Below the pieces are notes generated by a model. The model was not told the DNA's origin and searched no databases. It saw only the letters and a program-made list of their open reading frames with translations. This document shows positions 1 to 14,131 of a stretch of DNA of 64,000 nt, piece after piece (within the stretch, counting starts at the first letter, position 1; each line of letters starts with the position of its first letter). Made by a program: the position numbers and the translations under genes. The stretch is from Takakia lepidozioides. Taxonomy: Eukaryota > Plantae > Bryophyta. The stretch is from NCBI GenBank assembly GCA_030704615.1, contig CM060733.1:35030001-35094000 (forward strand). The letters run 5' to 3'.

Positions 1-3000
1 AGGTGCCTCACAATGGGATGAGACCCCCACTCCTTCTGGCAAGTGGCTGTCAACATTTTGTACACTAGGAGCAGCAAACGTGCGGGCAGATCGAGAACTA
101 CGTTTTTTCTTCATGAGGTCTTGTGATTGAGAGCCCTGCTGGGAATGCCCATCCCACCCGTGCTGATCAGTGTTCTCATTCAAGTCTCCTCTATCTTCGC
201 CCTCCTTAAAACTCTGTGCTGGTGTTATGTTAGTCTTCTCATGGTTGTCAGAACACCCTCCACCATCAGTCGCCCTGCCTGGAAACTGATCATTATTCCT
301 GTCTCTCCACCTTGGGCTTTTAGATTTGACATCCTGCAGTAGAAGGGTATCCTCTAAGGTCGGACGAGGGTCAGTACTGGGCAAGTTGCTGCCAAAGTCA
401 GAATGTAGTCCGGGATCTTCTGCATTGGGTATATCAGCAGTCGTTATCCTCTGCTTCTTCTGCGGCGATTCTTTGGGCTCGGACACATCATGTTCCACGT
501 AATGGATTGAACTTTCTTTCTTAACAAGCACCGTCTCAACCATGCCGGCGTCTGAAACATGGTGAGCAGGTACTTGCAAGTGATTTTCTTGTTGTGCAGA
601 TGGATCTGCCTTTTTGAAGATGAATGTGGTGTACAGGCCTGCACCCCCGTATTCCCAAGATGAGACACTGCAAAAACACACCACCCTTTCACCAACTAGT
701 TGATATACCAAGTCATCGTGTGATACTCATAAGGCAATTAGCATTGTGCTGAAAGCATCTTCACGGCCCTATCAAGTCTACTCAGCAACCCTTTCTCTCA
801 ATTATTGCACATACACAACTGACAAGTTTGAACGTAATGGAGTGGCATCAAGCCAATGCTGATATGTTCAGCACGTATACAATTGACTATCGCTCAAAGT
901 ATTGATCCAAGAAAATGGGATAAGCAGAAAGAAGAAAAGACACGTACTCAAAACGTCTTGAGCGACAGGAGACAATCGTCCTCTTCCATCCACCAATGGG
1001 ATTCCTTTGGAATCAAATAAGGTCCCACAACTGCTCTGCAGAGTATCGGCGAATGGAATACTGTCATAAGCAAAGCCACGGCCCCCCGCCTGTCAGACCC
1101 AGTATCCTTATTTGGGCCAGTAAACTCTAAACTGAGCATTAGCACCTATAACTTCCAGGGTTGAAGTATTTGAGCCATTGTTGCAAAATCAATGAAGATT
1201 GTCTCTCCCTTCGTTACAGACCCTTTCATGCAAGATTATTAAGCTCCTTCCCCAATCTGTCACTGGGTCCTGCACAAGTCTCAAGCACTGGCCTGCTTCC
1301 CAGTAATTTTAGAGCAGTAAACCAGGCCAGACTGCTGGTCTGTGTTCTTTTTGGGGAATCCAGGTGGCAAGAACACTTCTGACCACTATAGACTGATATA
1401 TGACAATTGTAGTATCCATACAGCAGCAGACTTCACTTGAGCAATTCTCACCACATACCGATAATCCTCATAGAAATCTGTAAGGTTCTGAATCTCCACA
1501 TATTCTAATTTCATCTCTGCTGCCAACCTGTCCCCGCACCCCAACCCATCACAAACCAGGTTTTAACCTTGTCCCGGCATCTCCCATATCTTCCACACTG
1601 GCGACTCTAAAACCTGCATCTGTCAGATAATACGAAAATGCAATGCATCTCGCAAGGAAGCTTTGCTGCATCCTCTCTTAGGGCATGGAGTAACACTTCC
1701 ACCAGCTATTGAGTGAGTGGGTCAGAAGGTACACATCCACCATGGCATACCACCACGCCACACACCGTAGCTTCCGTCTGAAGGCTACAAAAAGTCGTCT
1801 AATTGGCATTTTAAAACACAACAACTCACCCCAACCTTGGCTCAAGGATAGAACACATCTTGTCAGCCCATGCTCCAAATAGACTCCCTTCTCTCAGGAC
1901 TCTCCCTGTCTCCACATAAAATGGTGGAGAGGTGACAAACCTGATGAGGCTCGGGAAGTGAACCAAGAGCTGTGCTTGTGCCGGCAGCGAATCATCCACA
2001 AAACGCAACTGGTATTTTGAACCATAACAGTGGAACCTGCCATCCACCCAACAAGCCCCTGTTATCAGCCCAGTCTTCCCCTCTTCCGTGAGCCATGGCA
2101 TGCCAGCCTTGTGAATGATTCACAATCTACAGTGCTAACATGTCCAGGCTCCCCTTTTCCTTGGGACCCATATGTCTTGGATTTGTACCATCATGAGACA
2201 CGTGCCTGGGACAACTAACTTTTGATGTAGGACTTTGTTGGCCGTAAATTGTTCTCTGAGCATAATTTCCTTTCGATATTTACTGGTGTGCAGCAACACA
2301 CCTAAGCCCCACCTAGTAGTCATGATGGAGGGCTAAGCCCACACTACCTGTCATCTTCGAAGCTGATGGTGTAGAGGTCAGTACGCACACGTGGCAGTGT
2401 CCCATTCACTCGTAGGGACCCCGCCTTCATTGCTCCTTCCACAGCCTTCTGATACTTGTACCTACATATCTCACACATTTTCAGTTCCAAACAGCTTCGT
2501 GTTGATTGCCAGGCTTTTTCTGCAACCAGCATGGTCCAAATTAAAGTGCATTTACCTGATTTTCCACAAATTGTGGTTATGTGTAGGATGTACTACTTGG
2601 TTCCCTCATAGATATTACTACAATCATTACTCCAAACTGGCGACATCATCAAGAGGCAGGCACAAATCTCTTGCTTTAGGCTCCTCAGCAAGAGCACATG
2701 GAAACGCACCTTGTGCCTATGACTGGCTACAAGTTTACCCTGCATAGCATGTGGTGATGAACTACATCATCTACACACGACCATGTACATGCAAATACGC
2801 AAACATCAATTTCTGAGATTGATGTCACTTCCCTAAGCAAGCCTGAACAACAAGCAGGCCTCCTAAATGAAATGGCGTGCATGTATCGACTTTGCACTTC
2901 TGCGGTGAGTAACAGACCAGATGGTGGAGGAGTCAGGGGCAGTTCCAAAGAAGAAGCCGCCTGGCTTAAGCAGTGCTGCCACATTCTTGAGTAAGCGCCG

Positions 3001-4618
3001 AACCATGTCCTCACTTGTAAAGCAGTCCTGGCCCCCACCGCACCTACCAACCTGTCTCAGCTCTTACTTTGTAGGGCTTGTGTGACATTTAGAGTCAGCT
3101 GGTACCACAGCTCATTATTCTAGCCCTAAAATGAAGTAGTTGTTGGCTTTCTTGACTTATCATGTGATCAAGAACAAAAATGATACATCAACAATGCATC
3201 AAGGGAAAAACAGATCAATTGTTTTGATCTAAGCAAAAGAGACTCGCAGCCTCCACACTGCCATTACATTCACGGGCAGGCCCAAGTGACCAGTGGATGA
3301 AACTCTTTACGAGATGACAGCTACTGCATTAGGACTTGAACTCAAATGAGGAAAGATAGTAAAATACTTCCCAGGGACGCTGAAAGTACCTGTAAGTGGG
3401 CGAGACAGCAAACGACATCTGCTGGCAGTCCTTCATTCTTCAACTGTGTTTCCAAATCAGCCTGCAAAATATAGCAAATGTTACACACTGGTGGTAGCAT
3501 GATACAAACAGATTCCTCGAAACACAATGCACTTGGTTGCACCAATCAACTTTTCACACAACCAGAGTACAAGCTGATCTCCATAGGGTTTAAACATCAG
3601 TTCCCTGGGGTCAAACAATTTCTTTCAAGATCTAGACCAGGATTTGGATGGAGGACAAAACAGAGGGAAAAAGCCATAAAATAGGGCAAGAGGAGAGAAC
3701 CATGCAGGGATCAAGCTCGCAAAATGTGGCAGGAAAAGGTCGACCTTGCTCTTCCCACTGCTCCCTGGCTTCCCCCAGTGCAGATGCTGATAAGTCTGAA
3801 AACACCAAGGTGCATACTGTCAAGAGACTCACTTCCACGCTGTTGGAGGCATATCATCAAACGATCTCAAATTTTCACAATAGAGATCTTGCTGCTCAGA
3901 ACAAGGTATTCTATTGCATGTGTGGGCAGACCATGATCTTACTTGCAGCACAAGAGCCCACGAACGTCCAATTGCGAACATACAATCCCAAGAAGGTTCG
4001 AAGTTCGATAGAAGCTACACGCCACAGCCAAAAGGAACAAAACGCAGGGTGATATGATTCTCAACAGTCTGGGAAAGAGGAGGGTACCAACGCCAATATA
4101 TCTCCCGATTTCAGCTTGCGCCCAGTTCGCTGTCTCAGTACCGCGACCACAATATATATCACACACCTGCGAATGTCAATCCCACACCATTCCACTTCAT
4201 CCATTCTACAGTTCCACCCATAACCTGATTCTAAAGACTGCTGCTCCCAGCTCCAAAAGCTTGGTTGAACAGTTGCACTTTCTCACGATATTATCTTTTC
4301 TCTTGCAAAGTTTACCCGTCTATTCAAGTCCCATAATCCCATGGACTCTGCAGGAAAAAAAATTGAAATTTCACCCTCAATTTCGAGCTGAATAAGACTA
4401 TGTCTCTGAGTTCGTCAATTCACCGGGCCAGTTTGTATAAACTATTGAACTGACCTACGGAAACTCACAAGTGCATCGGAGGGCACCAACTGCTGTAACA
4501 ACGCTTTCTTGACAAAAGCATGCAGGCGCTGATGCAACCCGCCAGCTCCCCAACTCCCCACCATGGATGGCGGCCCTAGGGTCATCGGCACCAGCGCGAC
4601 CCCCTGCACAAGAGCCAT
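1..4618 (-). CDS. mRNA cap guanine-N7 methyltransferase 2-like (At3g52210 family), 10 exons, 3' end runs off the window
   Basis: Manually spliced GT-AG exons 4618(or 4564)-4469, 4166-4088, 3795-3701, 3461-3390, 3027-2918, 2461-2348, 2036-1941, 1527-1459, 1060-948 and 638-<1 join in phase. Product: ...HQRLHAFVKKALL...VCDIYCGRG...DCFTSEDMVRRLLKNVAALLKPGGFFFGTAPDSSTIWYKYQKAVE...LVHFPSLIRLAAEMKLEYVEIQNLTDFYEDYR...LYTTFIFKKADP. These are motifs I recognise from the plant cap MTase 2 family. The last exon is open to position 1. Confidence 0.9.
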
Positions 4619-4789
4619 CCCATTCACGCTCCTCCTTCTTCACATGGCAAGCTAAATTGTTTGTCGCAATCGCTAAACCTTAACCTAAAACCTCCAGCGA
4701 GACGAAGATGAGGACGAGCTATGCAGTCCGGGAACTGGCATGGTCTATTCCATCCTGTCAAATCTTCCCCACCCCCTCTCTCGAAAGTG

Positions 4790-4985
4790 AATGGGTGACA
4801 TCGGAGTGACACCAGTAATTGGAGTGACATGGGAGACCAACCGATATAACTCCTATTTGGTGTCACCAAGTCTGACGAAAATAAGTACAAAGAGGAAGTG
4901 CTAACAGAGTGACACGGGTGACATCACCGGAGTGACACTAGTAACTGGAGTGACACCGCGTGACATTGGAGACCCTAATAAGAAT
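4790..4985. repeat. Dispersed repeat fragment rich in GAGTGACAC/GGGTGACAT subrepeats (related copies at ~5810-5855 and ~13215-13355)
   Basis: The block ccaaccgatataactcctatttggtgtcac...gtacaaagagg(a/t)agtgc...ggagtgacacggg recurs, diverged, at 13215-13355, and a shorter piece recurs at 5810-5855. Confidence 0.65.
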
Positions 4986-5944
4986 AACTGCGTGACATGG
5001 CCAACTTGGTCTGCCAGAGGTGCGAGACAACCGTGAGCATAGAGAAGCGAGCTTCACTCCATGAAAAATATGGAGAAGGAATCTTTGATCGGTTTTCTGC
5101 TGAAAGGCCCAACAATCGATGGGTCAAGCTATGGCAGTGATTTGCAATCACTTCTTGCAAATGTGAAGAAAGCTTCAGCTCGAGTTCGGACAACGGAGTG
5201 TGTGTTAGTGAGGAAGCTAAAGGGGATTATCAGACTCTCCACACTTGCTCTCGTTTCCATTCATGAAAAGATGCAGGAGAATGTACAAGCAAAGTTTGTG
5301 TAAACCTTGATCAGTTGAGGTAGGGTTGCTTGCGACATCGGATGTCGCAAGCTGCTCACAAGCACGAGACAACGGGGAGGAAAAGTGAAAGAAGAGAGTA
5401 CTCCTGCGAAATGAAGCTGAGCGGCACACTGTAAGTAGGTGGGAAATCAACTTGTGAATTGAAGTGAGTTGTCCCAGTCTTTTAAGTTATGAGCACGCTC
5501 CCTGTGATGATCTCGTTAGATCATGTAGTTGGACAGCTCATGGTACAAAGGGAGCTTTTAGGTTTAGTCCAGTCTAAATCATAAACAGACTCCGCCATAA
5601 AACACTACCCTGTATATGGAGCCGCTTGTTTCAGCTTAGAAATGTCTGGGCGTAAAGTATAATAATTGTACATTGCATGCAAAAGAGGCAGGGCCCCTTT
5701 TCTGAGCCATGAGTATAAAACACAGGGCATGTGTGTGAAGTCACCATCCCCTGGGCAACCTGCTCAGAAGTCTCTTTCAGAATCGTGAGAGTCTGTATAG
5801 ATTGTTCATAGGAGTGACACGGGATGACATCTTCGGAGTGACACTAGTAACTGGACTAAACCTTTCTTTGGATTGAGAGTTCGTCGAACACACCTTGGGT
5901 AAAAGCAGCAGTCTCTGCCATGCTCCGGGTCCGAGAACAATCTG

Positions 5945-8654
5945 GTGATGGTTCTAATTTCTATGTATACCATGGCGGGCCAGAATACACCAGGTGCTAT
6001 TTTGATCATGAGTCAAGGGTTGCAGCTCAAAAACATAGAATTGGTACAGTTTATGACTTCAACAAGCTTGTCCTCCCAGACAGGAACAGAAGCTTTAAAG
6101 ATTTACAGGTATGTTACAAAAGGTATTCAGCCTTGCAGGATTGCAGGGTCAATTGAGGCACAATTTTCTGAACATCAGACTGGCAGAAGGGGTAACACCT
6201 TCACCGGCACCACTGCTTTTGAAGGAAGAGCAAGAGTGGGAGGTGACAAGAACTCTTCTGCCATGTGTGGGGATGTGAGAACACTAAGTAAGGCAGGACG
6301 AATGAAGGAGGCGCTGCACATTCTGAACCAACAAAGAATTTCTGCAGAGTCAGAAACTTATGTCTCTCTCTTGCAGGAGTGCATCAAAGTCAAAGACGTA
6401 GCAGGAGGAAAACAGGTGCACTCTCACATTATCCAAAGTAGGTGTAAGCCAAACGTCTTTCTATCCAACACCCTTATCAGCATGTATGCCAAGTGCGGAA
6501 GCATCGTGGATGCATGGCAAGTGTTTGAGAAAATGCCAGAGCGAAATTTATTTACATGGACAATAATGATTGCAGGATATGCCAAGCATGGGTATGGTTG
6601 GGAAGCTTTGGAGATGTATGAGCAAATGCAACAGGAAGGTGTGGCGCCCAACAAGGTCACATTCATTTGCATTCTCAATGCGTGTGCCAGCCTAGGGGTC
6701 ATACAAAAGGCTAAAGAGGTCCACACTGACATCATCAACGCTGGAATTCGACCAGATATCGGTCTGGAGACTACCCTCGCTGACATGTATGCCAAATGTG
6801 GTAATGTTAAGGATGCACGTCAAGTGTTCGACAATATGGTTGCATGTGGTTTCTTGGAACGTGATGATTGGAGGCTATGCCCGGCATGGGTGCCTTCTTG
6901 AGGCTTTTGAGATCTATAAGCAAATGCAACAGGAAGGGGTGAAACCTGACAGGGTTACATTCATTTGTGTTCTCCGTGCACGTGCCAGCCCAGCTGCCCT
7001 GGAAAAGGGTAAAGAAGACATGGCGACATCATCGAAGCTCAACTTGGGTGCAATGTCATTCTGGAGACTGCCCTTGTTGACATGTATGCCAAATGCGGGA
7101 ACCTAAAGGATGCACGGCAAGTCTTTGATAATATGGCTAAGCGAAATGTAGTCTCATGGAGCGCAATGATCGCAGGATATTCCCAGAATGGGTATGGGAG
7201 GGAGATTTTCGAGCTGTATGAGCAGATGATACAGGAAGGGGTGAAGCCTGACAGGGTGTCCTTCATTTCTGCTCTTAATGCCTGTGCCAGTCTAGGATCC
7301 CTGGAAAAGGGCAAAGAGGTCCACACTCACATCATGAAAGCTGGCATAGTGCCAGATGTTATTCTGCAGAATAGTCTTGTTTACATGTATGCCAAAAGTG
7401 GGAGTGTAAAGGATGCACGGAAAGTGTTTGAAAATATGGCTCAACAAGATGTGGTCTCATGGAACACAATGATTGCAGGATATGCTCAGCACAGGTGTGG
7501 ATGGAGGTTTTCGAGCTTTATAAGCAAATGCAACATGAAGGGGTGATGCCAGACAGGGTCACTTTTATTTCTGTTCTAAATGCATGTGCCAGCCTAGCAG
7601 CCCTGGAACAGGGCAAAGACGTCCATGCTGACCTCATTAGTATAGGGATTGAGTCACATATTAATTTGGAGAACACCCTTGTTAACATGTATGCCAAATG
7701 TGGGAGTCTAGAGGATGCATGGGAAGTGTTTGATAAGATGGCTGAACGAGATGTTGTCTCATGGAATGCGATGATTGCAGGCTATTGTCAGCATGGGTTT
7801 GGTAGGGAGGCCCTGCAACTATTTAAACAAATGCAACAGGGAGGCTTGAAGCCGGACAGTATCACCTTTACATCTCTTCTCTCTGCATGTAGCCATGTGG
7901 GCCTAGTTGATGAAGGCCGTCACTTCTTTGATTCAATGACTCAAGACCATGGGCTCACTCCCACGGTGGAGCATTTTGGCTTCATGGTGGACTTTCTTGG
8001 CCGGGCAGGGCAATTGGATGAGGCAGAGGACTTTGTTGACAAAATGCCAATTGAACCAGATGCTTCAGTGTGGGGGGCCTTGCTTGGTGCCTGCAGAATC
8101 CATTGCCATGTGGGACTAGCTCTCAAGTTGGATCCACAGGATGCACGAACTTATGTGCTGCTATCAAATATCTATGCTTCAGCTGGCAAGTGGGATGAGA
8201 CAGCAAAGGTGAGAAAAATGATAAGGACAGAGGTGTCAGAAAGGAGCCGTGGCTCAGCTGCATTGATGTTGACAACCAGGTGCATACATTTTTTGTAGAA
8301 GATAAATTCCATCCGTAAATTGAGGAAATCCATGCTGAGCTGCAGAGATTGTTTGGCCAGATGGAAGAGACTGGATATGTGCCTGACACCCGCTTTGTAT
8401 TGCATGATGTGGAGGAGGAGCTGAAGGAATCTTCTGTTTGGCACCACAGTGAGAAGCTGGCCATTGCCTTTGGACTGATCAGTACACCCTCTTCGACACC
8501 GATCCGTATTATCAAGACCCTTGGGGTCTGTGGTGACTGCCACACCGCCATCAAGTTCATCTCCAAGATTGTCCAGAGAGCAGTTGTTGTATGGGATGCC
8601 AACCACTTTCACCACTTTCAAAATGGGGTTTGTTCTTGTGGGGATTTTTGGTAG
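5945..8654 (+). pseudogene. PLS-E-DYW pentatricopeptide RNA-editing factor pseudogene
   Basis: P/L/S repeats (MYAKCG...VFDNM..RDVVSW..MIAGY) are split over ORFs 5945-6901, 6789-7106, 7082-7546, 7459-8298 and 8349-8654 by several frameshifts. There is a deletion in the E domain and a stop near 8317. The C-terminal deaminase motifs HSEKLAIAFGL...CGDCH...CSCGDFW remain. Confidence 0.9.
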
Positions 8655-9457
8655 AACAAGCAGGGGAAAAAGGAAGCTCATTGAAACAGGAGGATGTAGT
8701 CTCCAAAAGACTGATGAAAGCCTGGGTACCTGGAGGATGAGGATGAGATGATCTTATTTGGAATGATAGGAGAATGTCCCTGTACATGTTGACAGTATTT
8801 CCTCTGTGCCACAAGAGTTGCAGGGCTATCCAATTGATTACACCCCATGTCAATTGATCAGAGTTGACGTTTTTACTGCAATAGTGAAATCAATCAACCA
8901 TACTGCATTACTGAAACTAGCTGTAGAACGAGCGACATGTGTACTGGCCCATTCAGATCTATTCAAGTCAGCTTGCTGAAGCTAGGGCTGCATGTAATCG
9001 GTGGGAAAAGAATCACTCTCAAAGTTAGGGCGTTACCACACGAGCGGCAGGGGAGCGTCACCGGAAGAAACACGAGAATTTGATTGGTCACTTCACCTAC
9101 CACACGAGAGGAACGGCAATGACATAGAAAAGTATGGCCGACGCGTTGCGTACGTGGAGCCTCTCTACGGAAGTCGGATTTCCAGGCCTGGACTACCGCC
9201 TGGAAATCCGACATGTTAGGGAATGTCTTTGTCGTGTTTCGCTCCTTCCCGCCACAGAGCTCGTCTCTCTCGTTTGACTTACCCTTTAACATATTCTCCC
9301 TTCTTCTCTCCTTATGCACACTAGATTGCCGGTCGTGTGGTAGCCGTAAAATGGTTCTTGCTGACATGTACCTATGTTTTATTACCATCGTCCATTATAT
9401 CCGTAGCCAGGGACTTCCACGTCATTGCCTCTCGCCGCCTCTCGCCGCCGCTTGTTT

Positions 9458-12400
9458 GGGCCCTGTCCCACCTGACACCCAATAGTTAGTGTCATTTAAG
9501 CTAACTATTGGGTTTAGGTGCCCCACTTACAATTATACTAACTAGATAATTTGGTGTAAAAGCTAATGGGCCTGAAACAGGTCCTTTAAGCTAACAGGTG
9601 CACACATCTTTGCCACGTTGGCTTGCCATCTCCTTGACCGTGACGTTCAAGGAGCGTGGAGAATCGGGAGAGTGGACTGTCGTGGAGTGGAGACTCTGCC
9701 TGGATCGAGCTTCATCGACGCGAAGCGCTTCATCGTCGCGGAAAGCACATCCTATTTTTTTTTTTCTTTGCATACTCTAGTTTGAGGGTACCTACTCTAT
9801 AGCCAAAAGCTTGCTTCCCCAAAAAAATGTTAAATATGCCATACATAGAGTAGTTTTGGTTGAAATCAAGCTCGGAGCATTCAAGGTCTCATAAGAACAA
9901 GGTCTCATACGTCACTTGGCAGTGGAAATAGTGCTCTACGTGGTTGAGACTCGCCATACAAACAGGGCACTAACTAATATCCTGGTGCCGGGCACCATTA
10001 CATTTAAGTCTCCAATTAGTGATTTTTTTATCAATATATGAAGCGAGACGTTTGTTTTGTTTTGTAGATTTAAGATGTCCCAAACCGCGGGTCCAGTCTT
10101 GGTGCTTAGTACCATTGGAAAGCCCTTGATGAGGATGGGTGCACCCACTTGGTCTCTATGATTTTTGGACATGTGGTGTGGGAGATGTTGAATTTCAAGT
10201 ATTTTTGGTCGTTGGAAATTCCCGAAAAATAGGAAAGTGGACATTCCTAGGACAATGGTGGGAGCCTCAACGGGAGGGATATAAAGGGAAAGGTCTCCAG
10301 TTGGTAGGCTCTATGGAAAAAAAATGATGAAATATGGCTAACACGAATTTCAAATTCGTTCAGGTCGCACTTCGGCCTCTACATAGGAGACGCACTTGAA
10401 TACACTTGGATTACACTTGGGCTTAGATGACAGTGGACACTTGGGCCTCTACACAGGAGATGCTCTTGGATACATAGAAGATTGCACGTGGGCTTAGACG
10501 GGCCTTGACATAGGAGACGACCTAGGAAATCACACTTGCTCTTACATTTCAATTCTTCACACATGGGCCAAAGGCACATGCTACCCTAGAGGTCGCACTT
10601 GGGCAGGAAACGCACTTGGATTTGGGCTTAATTAGATAACACTGGACACTTAGGCCAACGGCACATGCTACCCCAGTCAATATATGAAGCGAGACGTTTG
10701 CCGGCTTGGTCTCAGGATTTTTGGACCTAGAGTGTGGGAGATGTGGAATTTCAAGTAATTCTGGTCGCCGGAAATTCGGGAAAAATAGCAAAGTGGGCTT
10801 TCTTGGGACAATGATTGGAGCCTTGAAGGGAGATATCAATCGATGAATTAAGACGATTTGTTTGTTTTGTTTTGTCACGTTGAGATGTCCCGAAACGCAT
10901 GGCCCCAGCCCTAGTGCTTGGTACCGTTGGAAAGCCCTCGATGAGGAGGGGTGCACGGGCTTGGTCTCACGATTTTTGGACCTACGGTGTGGGAGATACG
11001 GAATTCCAAGTACTTTTGGTCGCTGGAAATTCACAAAAAATAGCAAAAATGGCAAAGTGGGCATTCCTGGGACAATGGTTGGAGCCTCAAAGGGAGAGAT
11101 ATAAAGGGAAAGGTCTCCGGTTAAGCCCTTGAGGAGGAGGGGTGCATTGGCTTGGTCTCATGATTTTTGGACCTGCGGTATGGGAGATGTCGAATTTCAA
11201 GTACTTTGGGTCGCGGAAATTTGAGAAAAAATAGCAAAGTGGGCTTTCTTGGGACAATGAGCCTCGATGGGAGAAATATCAATAATGATTGGATATATTA
11301 CTATCCAATAAATTCATGAAAAAAAACATTAGGCCTTGACATGGGAGACGTACCTCAATACCTCGGAGATTGCACTTGGGCTTAAATGACACTGGACACT
11401 TGGGCCTCTACATACATGGGACACACACTGGGATACATGAATAGAAGATTACATTTGGGCTTAGATGGGTCTCGACATAGGACACGCACATGGGAGACTC
11501 CCTGGATACATAGGAGACACACTTGGATACATAAGAGATTGCACTTGGGCTTAGATGACTCTCGGCACTTTGGGCCTCTACATGGGAGATGCACTTAGAA
11601 CATAGAAGATTGCACTTGGGCTTAGATGGGCCTCGACATAGAAGAGGCACTCGGATACATAGGAAATTGCACTTGGTCTTAGATTTCAATTCTTCACACA
11701 TGGGCCAATGGCATAGGCTACCCTAGAGGTCGCACTTGGGCCTCCACATAGGAGACGCATTGGGATACATGGAGATCTTGCACTTGGGCTTAGATGACAC
11801 TGGACACTTAGGCCAACGGCATAGCTATCCTAGAGGTCGCATTTGGGCCTCGACATAGGAGACGCACTTGGATACATAGGGCATTGCACTTGGACTTAGA
11901 TGACATGCACAGGCTACCCTAGTATCAATAATGATTGGATATATTACTACTCAATAAATTCATGGAAAAAAATAAATTGGGCCTTGACATGGGAGACGTA
12001 CTTGGATACATATGAGATTGCACTTAGGCCTCTACATGGGAGTTGCACTTGGGTACATGACTAGAAGATTGGACTTGGGCTTAGATGGGCCTCGACATAG
12101 AAGACACACTTGGATACATAGGAAATTGCGCTTGGTCTTAGATGTCAATTCTTCACACATGGGCCAACGGCACATACTACCTTAGTCAGTTTGTTTGTTT
12201 GTTTGTTTGTTTTGTTTTGTAACATTGAGATCTCCCAAACCGCGAGGCCGCAACGCTGGTGCTTGGTCCCATTGGAAAGCCCTCGATGAGGAGGGGTGCA
12301 CCGGCTTGGTCTCATGATTTTTGGACCTGCGGTGTGGGAGATGTCGAATTTCAAGTACTTTGGGTTGCTGGAAATTCGGGAAAAATAGCAAAGTGGGCTT

Positions 12401-13148
12401 TCCTTGGTTGGAGCCTTGACATGAGAGATATCAAGGGAAAGGTCTCCGGTTCAAAGTAGGCTATGTGGAAAAAAATAAAAATGATTAGATATGGTTTGCT
12501 TCATATATTGATGCACGTGGACTTAGATGACATTGGACACTTGGGCCAACGGCACAAGCTACCCGATGATTGGAGCCTCGAGGGGAGATATATCAATAAT
12601 GATTGAATATATTACTACTCAATAAATTCATGAAAAAAAAAAAATGGGGCCTTGACATGAGAGACGTACTTGGATACATAGGATATTGTACTTGGGCTTA
12701 GATGACACTGGACACTTGGGCCTCTACATGGAAATGCACTTGGATACATGAATAGAAGATTGCACTTGGGTTTAGATGGGCCTTAACATAGGAGACACAC
12801 TTGGATACATGAATAGAAGATTGCACTTGGGTTTAGATGGGCCTTAACATAGGAGACGCACTTGGATACATAGGAAATTGCACTTGGTCTTAGATTTCAA
12901 AATCTTCACACATGGGCCACCGGCATAGGCTACAGCCCGTTGCACATGGGCCTCGACATAGGAGACGCATTGGGATACATAGAAGATCTTACACTTGGGC
13001 TTAGTTGACACTGGACACTTGGGCCAACGACACAGGCTACCCTAGTTAGTGTTAACTGTGAGTGGGGCACTAAATTCAGTTAAGACTAATTGGGCACCTA
13101 ATAGTGAGACACTAACTATTGGGAGTACTAAGAGGTGGGGCAGGCCCC
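9458..13148. mobile_element. ~3.7-kb non-coding TIR-bounded element filled with tandem subrepeats (non-autonomous DNA transposon, foldback-like)
   Basis: The left end gggccctgtcccacct..cccaatagttagtgtc..gccccacttacaattatactaactag is the imperfect reverse complement of the right end ctagttagtgttaactgtgagtggggc..gacactaactattggg..aggtggggcaggcccc. The interior is built from cacttgggcttagatg/cacttggatacatagg units plus a ~200-300 bp unit (ttggaaagccctcgatgagg...gaatttcaagtac) present about 5 times, some partial. No clean TSD. Confidence 0.7.
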
Positions 13149-14131
13149 TAAGGCCCTTAGACATGAAAAATGCTTTTCATGCATGCCACCTCAGTTTTTG
13201 CACAGTGTGAGAATGGAAACCAATCGGTGTAACTCTTATTTGGTGTCACGAAATTTAACTAGATATAAATGTACAAAGAGGTAGTGCCACTAGTCGGGTA
13301 ACTTCATTGGAGTGACACGGGTCAGGGTGACATAGACTGGGGTGACATAGAACTCCAATACGAATCGTATTGTACTCATACCTACCATCGCCATACCAGC
13401 ATATTAGTCACTACACAGCAACCAATGGCATTCGTTAATCTCTAATAGTGAGTCTAGAGTGAGAGGGGGTGGAGAGCACTCTTGGACTGGTATCATGAAA
13501 TTTTTATACCAGCCATGTAAATGGGATAAAGAAGTCAGAATGTGACACTAAAAGAAGACTACATCAATAAATGCATGGAATTCATGCAAGCCCTGCCGTA
13601 TAGTAATTATGAATAGGTAGTAAAAATCAGGAAGATCACATAATTAGTCTATTAATAAATATCAAGGTAATAGGATTTGAGCCCTGAATCACTCAGGTGG
13701 CACGCGCGGTAATATCCTCATTTATGGCAGTTGAATGGATGTCATTCATTAAAAACAGAATATACTCTTGACAACTGTCTCGATTCAAATACCGGTGCTA
13801 AAGCAGCTGAAACCCTTTGCGTAGTCCTGCCTTAGGAAGGCAGGGCCAACAACAAACCAATTCAGCCCTCCACCCTTTTTGGGGAAAAACAGACATCAGA
13901 CCCTATAAGAGAATAAATTATCATCCAATGGAATAAGGCATCAAGTGGCCATTCAAAGTGTTTGAAAAAAACTTATTGGTCAATCAGTAGTCATCGAGGT
14001 GACAGCCCTTTCAAGGCCGCAATTTTTTCTATCAGAGTGAAAATGTACTCTGATGATCATTGCAATGGGCAGCTTGTCTTTCTGCTCTCGCGTTTGAAGC
14101 GCCACATTTTTTCCCATGCATGTTGCTTGTT

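Noticed and set aside
1-3050. Initial impression of a decayed transposon shared with 25.0-25.5 kb
   Set aside because: Resolved as small exons of a spliced gene and its partial duplicate.
3939-4050. F-box-like peptide NLLGIVCSQLDVRGLLCCK on the minus strand
   Set aside because: It lies in intron 2 of the cap methyltransferase gene, whose exons join in phase without it.
8960-9450. GC-rich promoter-like or ncRNA-like stretch
   Set aside because: No recognisable snRNA or tRNA sequence and no credible ORF; a call cannot be supported.
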